A DNA stretch of 64,000 nucleotides, taken from an uncultured Verrucomicrobiota bacterium. Lineage in GTDB: Bacteria > Verrucomicrobiota > Verrucomicrobiia > Limisphaerales > SXQI01. The translations under genes and the position numbers were made by a program. The DNA lies in the NCBI GenBank assembly GCA_964566945.1, contig CAZMKE010000005.1, forward strand, positions 265,343-329,342, given 5' to 3'. The notes under the pieces were generated by a model that was not told the origin of the DNA, did not search any database, and saw only the letters and a program-made list of their open reading frames with translations. Shown piece after piece: positions 62,796 to 64,000 of this stretch (positions are counted from its first letter, which is position 1; every line of letters starts with the position of its first letter).

Positions 62796-63677
62796 ATGAT
62801 CTGCGCCATCAAACAATTCGTCGGATCGAAGCCGTTCCACCTCTTCATCGTGGCGGCGATCGTGCTGGCGGGCGCGGTGGCCGGGCTGGAAACCAGCCCG
62901 GTTATCATGTCGCAGCACGGCCCGCTGTTGCACGCGCTGGACCGCGTGATCCTCGGCATCTTCGTCGTCGAGGCCTTGCTGAAGATGGCCGCGCATGGTC
63001 GGCGTCCGTGGCTATACTTCGCCGGCGGCTGGAACGTGTTCGACTTCCTCATCATCGCGATCTGCCTGCTGCCGGTGGGTGGACCGTTCGCGGCCGTCTT
63101 GCGGCTCGCGCGGGCGTTGCGCCTGCTCCGGCTCGTGAGCGCCTTGCCCAAACTCCAGCTGCTCGCCGGCGCCCTGCTCAAGAGCTTGTCCGCGATGGGT
63201 TACGTGAGCCTGCTGTTGGCGCTGTTGTTTTACATCTACGCGGTGGCGGGCATCCACCTGTTCGGCGCGCACGACCCAAAGAACTTCGGTTCCCTGCCGG
63301 CGGCGTTCCTCTCGCTGTTTCGGCTGGTGACGCTGGACAACTGGTCGGACCTGTTCAACGGGCAGTTGCCGCACGTGGCGGGCCTTAAGGTGGCGATCTA
63401 CTTCGTCACCTTCATCATCTTCGGCACCATGATCATCCTGAACCTTTTCATCGGCATCATCATGAACAGCATGGCCGAGATGCACGCGGAGATCGCTGAG
63501 GGCGACCGCGCGGAGCAGGAACGCAAGGCCGGTTCAGCCACCCTGGAGGACGAACTGAAGTCGCTCGAACGCGAGCTGAAGGAGATGCACATCCGCCTTG
63601 CCGGCCTGCGCCGGAGATGGAGCGGCGAGCCACGGCGAATGACAGGGGAGCGGAAGCGCGAGGAGTTTGCCGCATGA
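62796..63677 (+). CDS. single-domain voltage-gated cation channel (BacNaV/NaChBac family) with C-terminal coiled coil
   Basis: 293 aa in a 6-TM layout. S4 has Arg at every third position (VLRLARALRLLRLV, 63096-63137). The pore segment is FLSLFRLVTLDNWSDLF (filter TLDNWSD at 63330-63350). S6 is VAIYFVTFIIFGTMIILNLFIGIIMNSM. The tail is charged and helical (LEDELKSLERELKEMHIRL). Confidence 0.85.
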   Translation: MICAIKQFVGSKPFHLFIVAAIVLAGAVAGLETSPVIMSQHGPLLHALDRVILGIFVVEALLKMAAHGRRPWLYFAGGWNVFDFLIIAICLLPVGGPFAAVLRLARALRLLRLVSALPKLQLLAGALLKSLSAMGYVSLLLALLFYIYAVAGIHLFGAHDPKNFGSLPAAFLSLFRLVTLDNWSDLFNGQLPHVAGLKVAIYFVTFIIFGTMIILNLFIGIIMNSMAEMHAEIAEGDRAEQERKAGSATLEDELKSLERELKEMHIRLAGLRRRWSGEPRRMTGERKREEFAA

Positions 63678-63922
63678 AAAGATTCTTCATTGCCCTCCTC
63701 GGCGGCACCGTGTTTTTGATCGGCGTGGCCATGCTGGTGTTGCCCGGGCCGGGCTTGCCCATCCTCGCGGCGGGTTTGACCATTCTGGCGACGGAATTTC
63801 TTTGGGCGCGGCGCGCCATGCGGCGGGCTAAAGGAACATTTGCCAAGGCGCGGCGAAAATTTGGCCTTAAAGACTGGCTGCGCCGCCGCAGGACTTTGAC
63901 GGTCAACAAGCCAACTCCCTGA
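63674..63922 (+). CDS. PGPGW-domain small membrane protein
   Basis: Part of ORF 63617..63922. ATG 63674 overlaps the channel stop (ATGA). The sequence begins MKRFFIALLGGTVFLIGVAMLVLPGPGLPILAAGLTILATEFLWARR, the pattern of the PGPGW putative transmembrane family. Confidence 0.65.
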   Translation: MKRFFIALLGGTVFLIGVAMLVLPGPGLPILAAGLTILATEFLWARRAMRRAKGTFAKARRKFGLKDWLRRRRTLTVNKPTP

Positions 63923-64000
63923 ATGCACGAAATCGTTCACCCTGAAATCCAGCAACACACTCGCACACCCGCCCAAGACTTCGCTCCCGATCATGACTGC
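63923..64000 (+). CDS. possible start of a further gene (partial, runs off the window end)
   Basis: An ATG immediately follows the PGPGW stop (TGAATG), and the frame is open for 26 codons to the window end (MHEIVHPEIQQHTRTPAQDFAPDHDC). It is not in the track because no stop lies inside the window. Confidence 0.25.
   Translation, partial: MHEIVHPEIQQHTRTPAQDFAPDHDC

Overview
This is a visibly GC-rich chromosomal segment. Its gene content fits a PVC-superphylum bacterium, most likely Verrucomicrobiota. That inference rests on four PSCyt/DUF1549/DUF1553 (PSD1) proteins, three of them paired with Tat-signal DUF1501 proteins, plus DUF1080/dehydrogenase fusions and a VPDSG/PEP-CTERM-like tail. I support about 45 protein genes and one tRNA-Gln(UUG). 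I recognised no rRNA, CRISPR array, transposase or integrase. Most long Arg/Gly/Pro-rich ORFs in the track are antisense shadows of real genes, as expected in GC-rich DNA.

Three annotation points do not follow directly from the track:
- A 2.4 kb minus-strand gene (1..2428) is missing from the track because it runs off the window.
- Two divergent genes (53978..55648 and 55793..56596) need GTG starts.
- An M28 peptidase (35636..37262) is split by a frameshift.

The most interesting observations are:
- An orphan FlgG-like rod protein with an in-frame lipoprotein signal, paired with a second small lipoprotein. Both sit in an A/T-richer cassette bracketed by direct repeats (11848..14402).
- A PSCyt-PSD1 / DUF1501 / HDOD operon with a roughly 30-nt inverted-repeat element between its first two cistrons (14449..20013).
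- A same-strand cluster divergent from an NhaR-like LysR regulator (58743..63922). It encodes an HPF-like protein, an M50-CBS protease, TerC, a voltage-gated channel with filter TLDNWSD, and a PGPGW protein.
- A 1379-aa CheB-CheR-PAS-kinase-receiver fusion with seven 21-nt coding repeats.

All family assignments come from motif recognition by eye. No searches or computations were run, and start codons are inferred.
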